Shown here: positions 13,301 to 24,772 of the stretch, in pieces | Numbering within the stretch: the stretch's first letter is position 1 | How the letters are laid out: every line of letters begins with the position of its first letter | Assembly (NCBI RefSeq): GCF_022045235.1 | Contig: NW_027266297.1 | Span: 26,102,001-26,166,000, forward strand | Length of the DNA: 64,000 nt | DNA from: Haliotis cracherodii | Taxonomy: Eukaryota | Direction: 5' to 3' | Translations under genes and position numbers: made by a program | Notes under the pieces: model-generated | What the model saw: the letters and a program-made list of their open reading frames with translations, nothing else | Databases searched by the model: none | What the model was told of the DNA's origin: nothing

Positions 13301-16300
13301 GACATGGGTTCAATGTGTGAAGCCCATTTCTGGTGTCCCCCGCCGTGATATTGCTGGAATACCAAACTCACTCACTCACTGTAAGTGCTCGTAATTGGGG
13401 TATAAGAGGATATATATTTATATTGTTGAGTGTGTATATATGTTTTGAACTTCTTAATTGATTGATGTTTTTGAAACTGCAGGTTATCTTCATTACGGAG
13501 TATATGTCCTCTGGATCTCTCAAACAGTTCATGAAAAAGACCAAAAAGAACAACAGGCAGTTCCCTCTAAAGGTGAGTTACAAATATAGGGAGAAACAAA
13601 GCTGTTCTTTGTACTACCCATTGCTTTTTTTTCTGAGAAAATGTAGAAAAATGTGGGTTTCCTGATCTCGTCAGCTGAGTTACTCCGTTGTTGAAACAAC
13701 ATCACATAATGTCGTCATGAACAATGGATGTCTTTGACTTTAATTATGTGTGACAATGTGTTCATATGATGTCATGTTGCTATTGGTCTCTTCACAAAGT
13801 ATGATAGCAATGGAACAATTGTTATAGTGCTCAGTAATCACTGAAAATAATTACCCTTATGACAAACATCCAGTCTTCAGGTCAACTAGGTTGTGTTGTA
13901 TTTATAGCTTCTGTTGTGTATATTCCTAACAAAGTAAAGTAAGGTAAAGTTTCAGATACATTTCGTCACTTCGGCTGGAAAAAAGCTGATGTAGAGTTGA
14001 GTATAGGGATGTTATCAACAATTGTTGTCAAGACTGAAATAACATAGAAAGTGCAGATTTCCTGGTTTTTTGGTATGAACTTTGCATGCGTTCTCAGGTA
14101 GTGTTCCAGTAACTTGTACATGCTTACACTGAGATGTAAAGGGCACAAAATTGGGTACAGTCTCATTCTACATTAGACCCGTGAAGATCCGGGGTAGAAT
14201 AGGTCTTCAGCAACCCATGCTTGCCGTAAAAGACACTATGCTTATCGTAAGAGGCGACTAACGGGATCGGGTGGTCGGGCTCGCTGACTTGGTTGATGCA
14301 TGTCATCGTATCCCAATTGCCTGGATCGATGCTCATGATGTCAATCACTGCATTGTCTGGTCCAGACTCGATTATTTACAGACCGCCGTCATATAGCTGG
14401 AATATTGCTGAGTGCGGCGTTAAACAACAAACAAACAAACATCATTCTGCATTAATTAACATTATACTATATTCTTCTCTCTTTTCATATATCAGAGTTG
14501 GAAAAGATGGTGTACTCAAATACTCTCAGCTTTGAGGTGAGTTGTATCTATGTTCATTATCCAGCCTGTTTCTAGCCCACAGTTCATTTCAGTTGAGTGT
14601 TATTTGTACAGGTCCATTGTACAGAAACAGCATGATTGTATTGTATTGAAGGCCAAGTATCGCAATGCACTGAGTTTTGTTTCACCATGGAAAAGAAGAA
14701 ATCTTGACAAAATATGGTGTCATGCCTTAATAGTAGCCCCTCTACAGGGTTAGAACAAGCAAAACCACAAAATCTAGACCCATTGTATCAATTCAAGTTT
14801 GGATATTTGCATGTGCCAAATAGAAATGTTCAGGTTTCTAGAAGCAGTACATTTTGTCATTCAGGAAACTCAAATAATTTGAAAGATTTCTATATCTTCA
14901 GAACAAATAATCAACTTGTTGTTGCTCTAGTGCCTTGCTTATGGACCCGTGAAGATCAGGGCTAGAATAGGTCTTCAGCAACCCATGCTTGCAGTAAAAG
15001 GCGACTACATGTTTGCTTGTCGTAAAAGGCGACAAATGGGATTGGGTGGTCAGACTCGCTTACTTAGTTGATGCATGTCATTGATCCCAAATGCGTGGAT
15101 TGATGTGCATGATGTCAGTCACTGGATTGTCTGGTCCAGACTCGATTATTTACAGACCGCTGTCATATAGGAGGAATATTACTGAGTGCGGCATTAAACA
15201 ACAAACCAAAGCAAAACCAAAGAACCTTGCTTATGATCTTGTGTTTCTTCCCAGTTATCTACATTCCTGTAATCCTCCAATCATTCACGGCAACTTGACG
15301 TGTGACACCATCTTTATCCAGCACAACGGCCTCATCAAGATAGGCTCAGGTACATTCTCACAGCTAGGGTGAACAGTTTCACTAACTGAAGATAGTAGAT
15401 GCATTTGTGGTTCATTTTACAAACATATGGTCCTCTACTTTTGATTGGGGTATATTTTTCTTTCAATGATACACATACATGATTCTCATACTATGTCATG
15501 TGTATATTTAATTAGAATTACATGTCTGATTACCCTTATCAGAAGTTGAGTAGTATATATAGTGCTCAACTGACTTGTTGAAGTCATGAAAGTCATACAA
15601 CAGGAGGTGTGGAGATACCTGTCAAAAGAGCCAACTAAATGTATCGGGTGGACAGGCTCACTGACTCGTCGTATCCCAATTGTGTGGATCGATGCTCATG
15701 ATGTTAATCAGGGGCACAGGAGGCCCAGTCGTCGAAGGCACCGCAATTCTCTGTGCAGAGTTGCGTCCCTTGGGCTCCCCAGAAACCTGTGATTGTGGGT
15801 TCGAATCCCGGTTTCCTCCAGATTATGTTTCTAGGTTTGTCAGCACCATACCCGTGCTCGTGGATTTCACCAAAATGGTAAACGTCTGAGACCTGCACCA
15901 CTTCAGGCTTTCCTCCCACATAAGGCTATGATATAACTGGAATGCTGTTTAAAGCGGTGTTAAAACCCAACTCACTCACTCACTCACTCATGATGTTAAT
16001 CATTGGATTGTCTGGTCCAGACTTGATTATTTACAAACTGACGTCGTGTAGCTGCAATGTTGCTGATTACAGTGTTAAACAACACAATGAAATCATTTCA
16101 TTATTTGATAGAATAACATGTAAAGTAGCAAGGCCACATGGCAGCCTGTTGCTGGACTGTAACTGTGATGTGTGTTCCAGTTGCTCCTGATGCAATCCAT
16201 CTGCATGTGAAGACGTACCGGGACGACCTGAAAAACATGCACTGCATCGCTCCTGATCCAGGTAATAAGGCAGGGAGAAATAACACTTGTGTCTCAGCTA

Positions 16301-19300
16301 GCATACCTTTAGCAGGTATGACTTGTAGAAATTTATACATTACTTTATTAACTTTTTGAATAGTCTACTAAGGATAATATAAATGTTCGTCTCTTTTCCT
16401 GACTAGTAACTGATGTCATAAACACAAAATCCTATGTTCTTGCCAGTTTTTGCTTGGTTTACAAACCTTTTTTTGATGATCCTATGAAATAGATCTTTAC
16501 AGGGACATCACCATCACCTTTACCCAACATTACATTTAGAGTTGTTTTAAAAAAAAAATTCAAAAATTAGTTCCAAATGGAATGAACCCTGATTTTGAAA
16601 TCCCTTTGTGCGTTTATTTACGATGGTTTGCTGGATGTGATGAAATAACCATCTTTCCCCTTTTCAACTACAGAACCCATTACAACGAAAGTAGACCTCT
16701 ATTCCTTTGGAATGTGCGCCCTGGAGGTAAGAACTAGTTTGTCACTACTTCATGTAAGTGTTATTATAATCTTGTCTATTAAACAGATTTAACATGGATT
16801 TCTTTAAAATGAAATTTCATTTAAGTGTTATTATGATCTTGTCTATCAAACGGATTTAACATGGATTTCTTCAAAATGAAATTTCATGTAAGTGTTATTA
16901 TAATCTTGTTTGTTAAAAGGATTTAACATGGATTTCTTCAAAATGAAATTTCAATGTTTTTTTGAAATAAATAAAACGGTTCACTTTTCTTCACACAGAT
17001 GGCAGCACTAGGTTTCCATGGAAATGGTGAAGGCGGGAATCTTGTGACCCTTGAGGCAATACAGCATACACTTGACTCTCTGGATAATAAGCTTCTCAAG
17101 GTATGTGTGATGTGAATTAGTCCTTTAAGGCTTCTGCCCAAGTCTACCCCCCTAAGTCTGTCCCCAGCCTTGCACTTTTGTTTTTGAAACTATGCAGTGC
17201 TTGGACACTTTATATGGGCTCTTTGTCCTTGTCAAACTAGTCCACATCGGATCGGAGAGGTTTTTTATAGGATATATGAACGGTGTCTGTCCATGCTGCA
17301 GCTTATCTAAGAGGTACTTGTCAAGATTGAATTTGAAATTGGTCCTGCCAATTTTTATCTTATTTATAGAGTTAGGGCCCTTGATCCATATAATCTATCT
17401 TGGTACATTGTGTCTGGTTGGGGACAAGTTTTCTCAGAAACTACTGAAGTTAGCCTATCTAAGAGGTAATTATCAAGACCGTTATTTTTTCCAGAGAAGG
17501 GGCCTTTTGTGTGTATTAATTTCACTTTTAATCTTTTATTCTGATGACATGAAGCAGCCTAAATGCCTATCTCTTCTCAAGGCTTTATAGGACTCTTTTG
17601 TTATAGTTTATGTTCACTACTATATGAACAAAGAATATTCTAATGTGCCCCATGGCGGGAGATAGTGATGACACTGTTTTTACTTGTCCAATGTCACTAT
17701 ATTTTCCAGATGTACTGTATTACTGGTGACAAAGTATTTGTTGCCATAACCATAATCAATTTCATACACTTCGCAGACCTTGTTTATGTTTTACTATAGT
17801 ACCATAATACACCTTTCTGCAACCTACGATGAAGTGTTGTTGGAAGACGTGTTTAGATAAAGTCTTTCTTATCCTATTTTCAGGATTTCCTGGTCAAGTG
17901 CATCGATAGGGATCCCCACAAGCGCCCCAACGCCAGAGAGCTGTTGTTTGAAGCAGTATTATTTGAGGTCCACTCTCTGAAACTGCTGGCTGCACACACC
18001 TATGCCAAGACTACATGTAAGTTCTATGTACTTGTTACAACTGCTGCTCAATGAACCGTGTTTGTGTTTATATTCAAGTTGGTATTTCCGCTATCTAAAG
18101 GCCATCTTATTGTTGAAAGTCATTTATCTTTTCAGACATAAATGCAAAATTTCATTAATGTGATCAAAGACCACTCTCATTTTTCACATTTAATTCACGC
18201 TCGCGTCAATTTCAAGATTTATAGTATTGTGCTTTGTTGAACAATGAAATGCCACAGAATCACTTGTAATTTATTTATTTTGTAGCCAATCTTCCAGAGA
18301 AGCTGACAGAAGAGGCCTGCTTTACCAAATCTGATCCAAACAAAGTGATAGCAGAGATACACCATCCGAACAAAAGCCCATTTCAAATGAGGCAAGTGAA
18401 TACTGCTGTCACACTTAGTAAACCCAGCTATGATGTGACTGGAATACTGGTGTTACTGATGTAAACCTATACTCACTGTGGGTTCCATGTGTGAAGCCCA
18501 TTTCTGGTGTCCCCTGCTGTGATATTGCTGGAATATTGGTAAAGGCGACAGCAAACCCAAACTCGTTCACTCTCCATACTCACAGATACCTAGTGTCTCC
18601 ATGTTAATATCGAACTAATTGTGCGTAAAATGTGATCAAGATGGATAATTTATCCTTCCTTGAAAAGATAAGAAAACACTCTATATGCATGTCGTAATTT
18701 TGGCAACCCATGCTTGTCGTAAGAGGCTATGTCACTAACGAGATTGTATGGATAGGCTCAATGAATTGATTGATGCTTGTCATCGTATCCTGAGTATGTA
18801 GATCGATGCTCATGATGTCAGTCACTGGATTGTTTGGTCCAGACTCGGTTATTTAGGATGTATGGTTATTTATCATATACCTGGAATATTGCTTAGTATT
18901 GTTACACAACAAACAAACAAACTGAAACTCTGGGAACATTATTAGTGACTGTCAAAGTGTAAGTGTTGAAGTGTTGCAACAACAAAATGCCTGTATTGTC
19001 TGATACTTATGTTCTTGCTTCCTCAGGTTTTCACAAGTGCCAGCATTGGAGTTGGAGAAGTTCCTAGAAGATGTGCGGTAAGTTTTAGGAATCGCTTTCA
19101 AATATTGTGCCATGAATCCATTGACATGATATATTTTGATTGATATCTGTATCTTTGGGACACAAGCACTCTATCAGTCTAACACCAGACAATTTGCTGT
19201 ACAGAATTGCATCCCTTAACCTTGCAGGATCTGCTGGCAGGGTACCTTTGTTTTTTTCACTCATTTGAAGTTGAATTGTAGCTTTTAGAATTTAAGTGTG

Positions 19301-21271
19301 CCAACTAGAAGAATAATTTTAAACCATCATCAAACACTTTGAATATCATTTCACCAAGGCTAGATAACAAGCAGTTGTATTTATGAAAGTTTGCCCTTTC
19401 CTTTTCATTGAGATTGGTAATCCCCGCTGTCATTTCTATATACCCAGTTATATTTTATGAAATATAACTGTGCATTAAGCCTGCTCCCATGTTCATCATT
19501 TTGGTCATGTTTTTGCATGGATTCATACAATAATGATAATAATCTCATTGTCTTGTTAACAAACATGATTATAAGTGTGCCCTTCAGCAACATTGCCATT
19601 TTGATTTGAACCATGGCTTTGGCATTGAAATACAAGGACCCTTGCAATGTTGAGAGCAACCCAACTCACGCAGTGTCTATGTGTTTACCAGGAATGGAGT
19701 GTACCCGCTGACAGCATTCGCAATGCCCCGTCCTCCTCCATCTAGGCCACAGGCCAAAACACCAGAACTAGCAGAGTCTGTGAAGTCCGAGACGCCGGAA
19801 CACATGGATGTTGAGACCAGGATGGTGATCAATATGTCATGTCAGACACGCAAGAATGAGGACAACCCCACCAAGTTGATTACTATATTGCTAAGGATGG
19901 ACGATAAAATGAACAGACAACTTCAGTGTGAGCTATCAGGGGAAGATAACTCCACAACTCTAGCTGAAGAGTTGGTTCACTATGGATTCATTAATGAGGT
20001 AGGAGTGTGTCAATAGAGCTTAATGCGCGTTAGCAATCTTGCAGCTATTGGAGCAAGTAATGGGGAAGGTATTAATCTACTGACACACAATGAAAACACA
20101 TAATCATGAGACCCATGAAGAGTAGGTCTTCAGCAACCCATGCTTGCTGTAAAAGGCGACTATGCTTGTCGTAAGAGGCAACTAATGGGATCGGGTGGTC
20201 AGGCTCGCCGACTTGATTGATGCTTGTTATCGTATCCCAATTGCGTAGATAGATGCTCATGATGTCAATCACTGGATTGTCTGGTCCAGATGCGATTATT
20301 TATGAAATATGATTATTTATCATATACCTGGTATAAAGCTGAGTATTGTTACACAACAAACAAATTGAAACTCTGGGAACATTATTAGGAATTGTCTGGT
20401 CCAGACTCGATTATTTACAGACCGACGTCATATAGCTGGAATATTGCTGAGTGTGGCATGGGTTCCTGAAGACCTATTCTACCCCAGATCTTCACAGGTT
20501 CAGTGTTATTTTGAGTGTAATTTAGTAAATGGGAATACTTAAGTACTTGTTCATAAAACACCATATCGTTTTTGTCAGGCAGTACAAATGGAAAAGGGGC
20601 GGTCGGGTAGCCTAGTGGTTAAAGCGTTGGCTCGTCACGCCAGAGACCCAGGTTCAAGTCCCGACATGGGTACATTGTGTGAAGCCCATTTCTGGTGTCC
20701 CCTGTCGTGATATTGCTGGAATATTACTAAAAGCGGCGTAAAATCATACTCACTCCCAAATGGAAATGAAGTGAAGGATTGAATGAGGGCAGGTAGTATG
20801 TGAATGTTGATTGACAAGGAAGAACAATGAGGTACTGACTGTGCACCAGGAATGGGCTTCACACATGTACCCATGTGGGGAATCAACCCCAGGTGTTCAG
20901 AGTGACAAGTGAATGCTTTACCCACTTGGCTAACCCACTATCACCAGGAAGTCAGATTGTTGTTTGCATATGTTGTCTCTTTAGCTTCCGGTTTCGTCAT
21001 ATCCAGATTGTTTTGCTTCCATTTTGGGTTGCCATCATGTAGCTGGCATGTGCTGATACAGCATTAATCCAATAGCACACAAATTGATTATAAACATTGT
21101 AAACTGTCCAGGAAACAATGTAGATGTATTTTTGCAAGAACCTTTAATATCAAATAATTGCTCTCTTTTCAGCTTGACAGAGACAAAGTTGCCGTAATGA
21201 TCGATGAGAATTTGAAAAATGGTATGTGCAACGAATCGCCCACTCCACCAATAGCCATTCCATCCTCGTAA
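1233..21271 (+). CDS. NRBP1: Nuclear receptor-binding protein (NRBP1/MADM-like pseudokinase), 14 coding exons, 500 aa
   Basis: Exons joined by hand with compatible phases: 1233-1352, 11267-11389, 11665-11766, 13483-13572, 14496-14536, 15255-15349, 16181-16261, 16674-16726, 16999-17100, 17884-18016, 18286-18391, 19027-19077, 19692-19998, 21173-21271 (sum 1503 nt). Peptides such as [10 protein letters not shown]-like [109 protein letters not shown] and DKMNRQL match NRBP1 as recalled. Confidence 0.95.
3658..3765. mobile_element. ~110-bp Harbinger/Tourist-like MITE
   Basis: TIR GGCCCTGTTCCACAAAGCGAT / ATCGCTTAGTGGAACGGGACC, flanked by CTG on both sides. Confidence 0.7.
4357..4860. mobile_element. 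MULE/Mutator-like MITE with ~90-bp TIRs
   Basis: TIR CGATCTCATTAAAATCAGATCTTAGTTCT...; 9-bp TSD TGTTAATCT / TGTTAACCT. Confidence 0.8.
7025..7086. repeat. (CTCA)n microsatellite
   Basis: About 15 perfect units. Confidence 0.95.
8057..8321 (+). mobile_element. SINE-like family C (non-tRNA head GACCCGTGAAGATCC..., (AAAC)n tail)
   Basis: Full copy; TSD CTGACAAAGT. Confidence 0.85.
11267..11389 (+). CDS. NRBP1: NRBP1 exon 2
   Basis: tgcag|[41 protein letters not shown]|gtatgt. Confidence 0.95.
11665..11766 (+). CDS. NRBP1: NRBP1 exon 3
   Basis: tcag|DKIRQVFDNLIQLEHPNIVNFHKYWTDTKGDKPR|gtacgt. Confidence 0.95.
12817..13086 (-). mobile_element. SINE-like family C
   Basis: TSD AGATAATGGAGGT / AGATAACGGAGGT. 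Confidence 0.85.
13243..13379 (+). mobile_element. tRNA-derived SINE family A ((ACTC)n tail)
   Basis: A box TAGCCTAGTGG, B box GGTTCGATTCC; 14-bp TSD TGTAAGTGCTCGTA. Confidence 0.88.
13483..13572 (+). CDS. NRBP1: NRBP1 exon 4
   Basis: gcag|[30 protein letters not shown]|gtgagt. Confidence 0.95.
14176..14441 (+). mobile_element. SINE-like family C
   Basis: TSD TCATTCTACATTA / TCATTCTGCATTA. Confidence 0.88.
14496..14536 (+). CDS. NRBP1: NRBP1 exon 5
   Basis: tcag|SWKRWCTQILSAL(S)|gtgagt, phase 2. Confidence 0.95.
14944..15222 (+). mobile_element. SINE-like family C
   Basis: TSD CCTTGCTTATG. Further partial copies at about 15600-16085, 18700-18920, 20110-20500, 31270-31450(-), 45952-45999(-) and 55360-55697. 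Confidence 0.85.
15255..15349 (+). CDS. NRBP1: NRBP1 exon 6
   Basis: ccag|[31 protein letters not shown]|gtacat. Confidence 0.95.
15711..15986 (+). mobile_element. tRNA-derived SINE family B nested in a family C copy
   Basis: GGGGCAC..GGCCCAGTCGTC head, B box GGTTCGAATCC; 16-bp TSD CTCATGATGTTAATCA. Confidence 0.88.
16181..16261 (+). CDS. NRBP1: NRBP1 exon 7
   Basis: ccag|(V)APDAIHLHVKTYRDDLKNMHCIAPDP|gtaata, phase 1. Confidence 0.9.
16674..16726 (+). CDS. NRBP1: NRBP1 exon 8
   Basis: acag|(E)PITTKVDLYSFGMCALE|gtaaga. Confidence 0.92.
16748..16952. repeat. 67-bp tandem repeat x3 in NRBP1 intron 8
   Basis: AAGTGTTATTAT recurs at 16756, 16823 and 16890. Confidence 0.9.
16999..17100 (+). CDS. 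NRBP1: NRBP1 exon 9
   Basis: acag|MAALGFHGNGEGGNLVTLEAIQHTLDSLDNKLLK|gtatgt. Confidence 0.92.
17884..18016 (+). CDS. NRBP1: NRBP1 exon 10 (end of kinase fold, BC-box-like SLKLLAAH)
   Basis: tcag|[44 protein letters not shown]|gtaagt. Confidence 0.93.
18286..18391 (+). CDS. NRBP1: NRBP1 exon 11 (GC donor)
   Basis: tgtag|(S)NLPEKLTEEACFTKSDPNKVIAEIHHPNKSPFQM(R)|gcaagt; only the GC donor gives the phase needed by exon 12. Confidence 0.85.
19027..19077 (+). CDS. NRBP1: NRBP1 exon 12
   Basis: tcag|FSQVPALELEKFLEDV(R)|gtaagt. Confidence 0.92.
19692..19998 (+). CDS. NRBP1: NRBP1 exon 13
   Basis: ccag|[16 protein letters not shown]...LLRMDDKMNRQLQCELSGEDNSTTLAEELVHYGFINE|gtagga. Confidence 0.93.
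20596..20757 (+). mobile_element. tRNA-derived SINE family A
   Basis: Full copy, TSD CAAATGGAAA. Other copies at about 18478-18575, 20845-20945(-), 29395-29550, 31469-31629, 58130-58203(-) and 60743-60868. Confidence 0.85.
21173..21271 (+). CDS. NRBP1: NRBP1 last coding exon
   Basis: ttttcag|LDRDKVAVMIDENLKNGMCNESPTPPIAIPSS* (TAA 21269-21271). Confidence 0.85.
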   Translation, partial: LDRDKVAVMIDENLKNGMCNESPTPPIAIPSS

Positions 21272-21551
21272 CTTCGAGGCTCTTCGAAATTCCCCAGGTT
21301 TTCGGCCAAATACTTTACAGGTTCTTCACCCATGATAAATTATGGGAACTGCCTAAACCAGAGCGAACACTTGGTTGCAGTACAAAACTCACGGAAATCA
21401 CTGTAATATCTGTCCTAGTCAATGCAGTAAATCAACAATCAAGGAAACAAGCACATGCTTCCGTAGTTTATCGTGGAGATGTGTCCAGTTGCCAACTCTG
21501 AAGAAGAAAGTGCCTTTACAGAAACTGTCCTGAGTTCCAGTCCAGCATCCT

Positions 21552-22546
21552 CTGATATATACCCAGTTCAGTAGCTGGTACATTGATATATACCTGGTAC
21601 AGTAGCTGGGTCATTGATATATACTCAGTTCAGTAGCTGGTACATTGATATATACCTGGTACAGTAGCTGGTACATTGATATATACCCAGTTCAGTGGCT
21701 GGTACATTGATATATACCCAGTTCCGTAGCTGGTGCATTGATATATACCCAGTACAGTAGCTGGTGCATTGATATATACCTGGTACAGTAGCTGGTGCAT
21801 TGATATATACCTGGTACAGTAGCTGGTGCATTGATATATACCTGGTACAGTAGCTGGTACATTGATATATACCCAGTTCTGTAGCTGGTGCATTGATATA
21901 TACCTGGTACAGTAGCTGGTACATTGATATATACCCAGTTCAGTAGCTGGTACGTTGATATATACCCAGATCAGTAGCTGGTGCATTGATATATACCTAA
22001 TACAGTAGCTGGTACATTGATATATACCCAGTACAGTAGCTGGTACATTGATATATACCCAGTACAGTAGCTGATACATTGCTGGTACATTGATATATAC
22101 CCAGTTCTGTAGCTGGTACATTGATATATACCCAGTACAGTAGCTGGTACATTGATATATACCCAGTACAGTAGCTGGTACATTGATATATACCCAGTAC
22201 AGTAGCTGGTCCATTGATCTATACCTGGTACAGTAGCTGGTCCATTGATATATACCCAGTACAGTAGCTGGTACATTGATATATACCCAGTACAGTAGCT
22301 GGTACATTGATTTATACCCAGTACAGTAGCTGGTACATTGATATATACCCAGTACAGTAGCTGGTCCATTGATATATACCCAGTACAGTAGCTGGTCCAT
22401 TGATATATACCCAGTACAGTAGCTGGTACATTGATATATACCCAGTACAGTAGCTGGTACATTGATTTATACCCAGTACAGTAGCTGGTACATTGATATA
22501 TACCCAGTACAGTAGCTGGTCCATTGATATATACCCAGTACAGTAG
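21552..22546. repeat. 31-bp minisatellite (about 32 units) downstream of the NRBP1 stop
   Basis: Unit CAGTACAGTAGCTGGTACATTGATATATACC; explains the 31-aa periodic minus-strand ORFs. Confidence 0.97.
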
Positions 22547-24492
22547 TACATAAGCAATTCAACGTCAGGTTGCCTGGGAGGCTCCATGTATTGGATGCTT
22601 TCATACAAGTTACTTTGAGTTTTGTTCAGTTGTATCATATAATTAAGAAATAATGATAATTACCAAAGCAAGACTGGTGTTATGTTTGGGGAAGAAACTC
22701 TTTTGTTGTTCCTCTCCTATCTCATTTGACACTGTGCAACAATAGCGGGAGAAAGTAACTCAGTTTTATCGTCACTATATCCTTATCATGTGAAGGAAAA
22801 TTACTTAAATGTTAGTATTTTGTAACCATCCTATGATGCCTATAGATACCTTAACCTTTTTCTATTTGGATGGGACAAGTGATAATTTCTTTCCGAACAT
22901 TCTAACACATTTCAGGTTCATGTCAAATGTAATTCTTGGACAGCTAAACTTTATTTGCATGCTAAGGAAATTAATCACATCTTTGTATAAAAATTTACTG
23001 ACCCATCCCCCCCCCCCACCCCACCCCCCCCAAAAAACCAAACAAAAAAAACAACTGAAAATAAAAGAGTCATATAACTGTAATCACAATAATAGAACCT
23101 GTGATGGAACCACAAAAGTTTTCTTTTAAGTTCAGCTGTAGAAGTTTCCAGGAACACTGAAAGATGGTAGTATGATAATGACAATCTTCGAATCCATATG
23201 TTTGTATGATATTAGATGTTATTAAATTTCATTTTTGGTTTGGGTATGTATCAATTGTGAATGAAATGTATTGAACTGTTTTCATTATCTTCATAGTTGA
23301 CATTGATTTTGATATCTGTGAAGTATATTCTGGTTTGTTTTAAGATTTTGGTGTATGCACCAGTACTGTGTTTCAAATAAAAATTGAACACATTATGAGA
23401 TTACAAAACAGATCTAAAATACATCCTGTTTCAAATTTCATCAACTAAAGTAAAGGCAGTGGCCATTGGCAACACAACTTAAATGTTTTGCACGTACTCA
23501 GTCCTCATTGTTCCTGCATCTCAACAGGGTTGTTTTAGATTGTGAGCCTATTTTGACATACTCCGATGACAATTGTATGCATGTGATATATCTTGTTGGT
23601 GTAAAAGCAGGTACTTGCATCATTGTATCATTTAGCTGTTTATTATTTTGGTCTGTTATCAACAGTATTATTCAGTGTATAGAGCTGTATGCCTGGGTTA
23701 TTGAGTATATCATGGTAGCAATGTGGATGTTTTGCTGTGTTGCCGAATGTGTTAATGCGGTTTGTAAAAATTATATATATGTATATAAACTTAGCAGTAT
23801 ACATACAATAGAAACTTGAACATGGGACGTCTTGTGTATGCATGGACGAATGGACGATTTTTTTCTGTAAACATTTGTGATTGGGCAAACCCCAAGACTT
23901 GTTTAATGATTGACTACAATGGTCAGTTTGGAGTTGAAGTGTTGACTCAATAACTGGAACACATGTGAATGGAATTTTATAGACATGAAAAAAGCACACA
24001 GCAATTCAGTTAGGGAGCATTTGCTCACCTGATTAGAAATCAAGAGAGCAATGGCATTGTCCTTCTGTCGTTACCGTATTCCTTTTTGACATTGATTTTG
24101 CAAGGCTTATGGAGGTGCTGAAATTTGTATGAATGACCCCAGTGATGGCTTCTCTGGAAATTGATCGTAGAGTTCCAATCTGATTTTACACATGGTTGCC
24201 ATTTTTTGTTCAGAATTCAGGTGAACTACAGAGCTTAGTGACTCTATAATATTAGTTTTATTCGTCCAATTAAGATATTTTTTTCAGTGAACACAAATGT
24301 AGTCTTTTACCCATTGAAACTGCTCTCAAGCCTTGTATAGTTCTTCCCCAGAAGCAGTCCACAATTACCCGAACTAGGATAAAGATTGCAGACAGGACTT
24401 TTCCTTGACAGTCCTGGTTGAAGCAGAGCATTTAGACTCGACATTCACAGCCTTGTATAGTTTTTCCCCACAAGCAGTCCAAAGTTTCTCAA

Positions 24493-24772
24493 GGGGGCAC
24501 GGGTGGCCCAGTCGTCTAAGGTGCCGCAATTTGCTGTGCAAAGTTGCGTCCCTTGATTGCGCCAGAAACCTTTGATTGTGGGTTTGAATCCTGGTTCGCC
24601 CCGAATATGTTGCTAGGTTTGTCAGCACCATGCCCATGCTTGTGGGTTTCACCGAAGTGGTAAACGTCTGAGACCTGCATCACCTCGGGCTTTCCTCCCA
24701 CATTAAGCTGACACGCCGTGATACTGACACTGTTATACTGTTAAAAGCGGCATTAAACACAACCCACTCACT
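24493..24772 (+). mobile_element. tRNA-derived SINE family B
   Basis: TSD CAAAGTTTCTCAA / CAAAGTTTCGCAA. Confidence 0.88.

Noticed and set aside
13243-13315. tRNA genes (GTC-anticodon-like heads; also family B heads and 56538-56615)
   Set aside because: Acceptor stems do not close and the heads continue into SINE bodies with tails and TSDs. These are tRNA-derived repeats.
21625-22638. Periodic Cys/Tyr-rich minus-strand ORFs, and a CRISPR-like look
   Set aside because: Translation of a 31-bp tandem repeat. There are no unique spacers or cas genes, and the context is eukaryotic.
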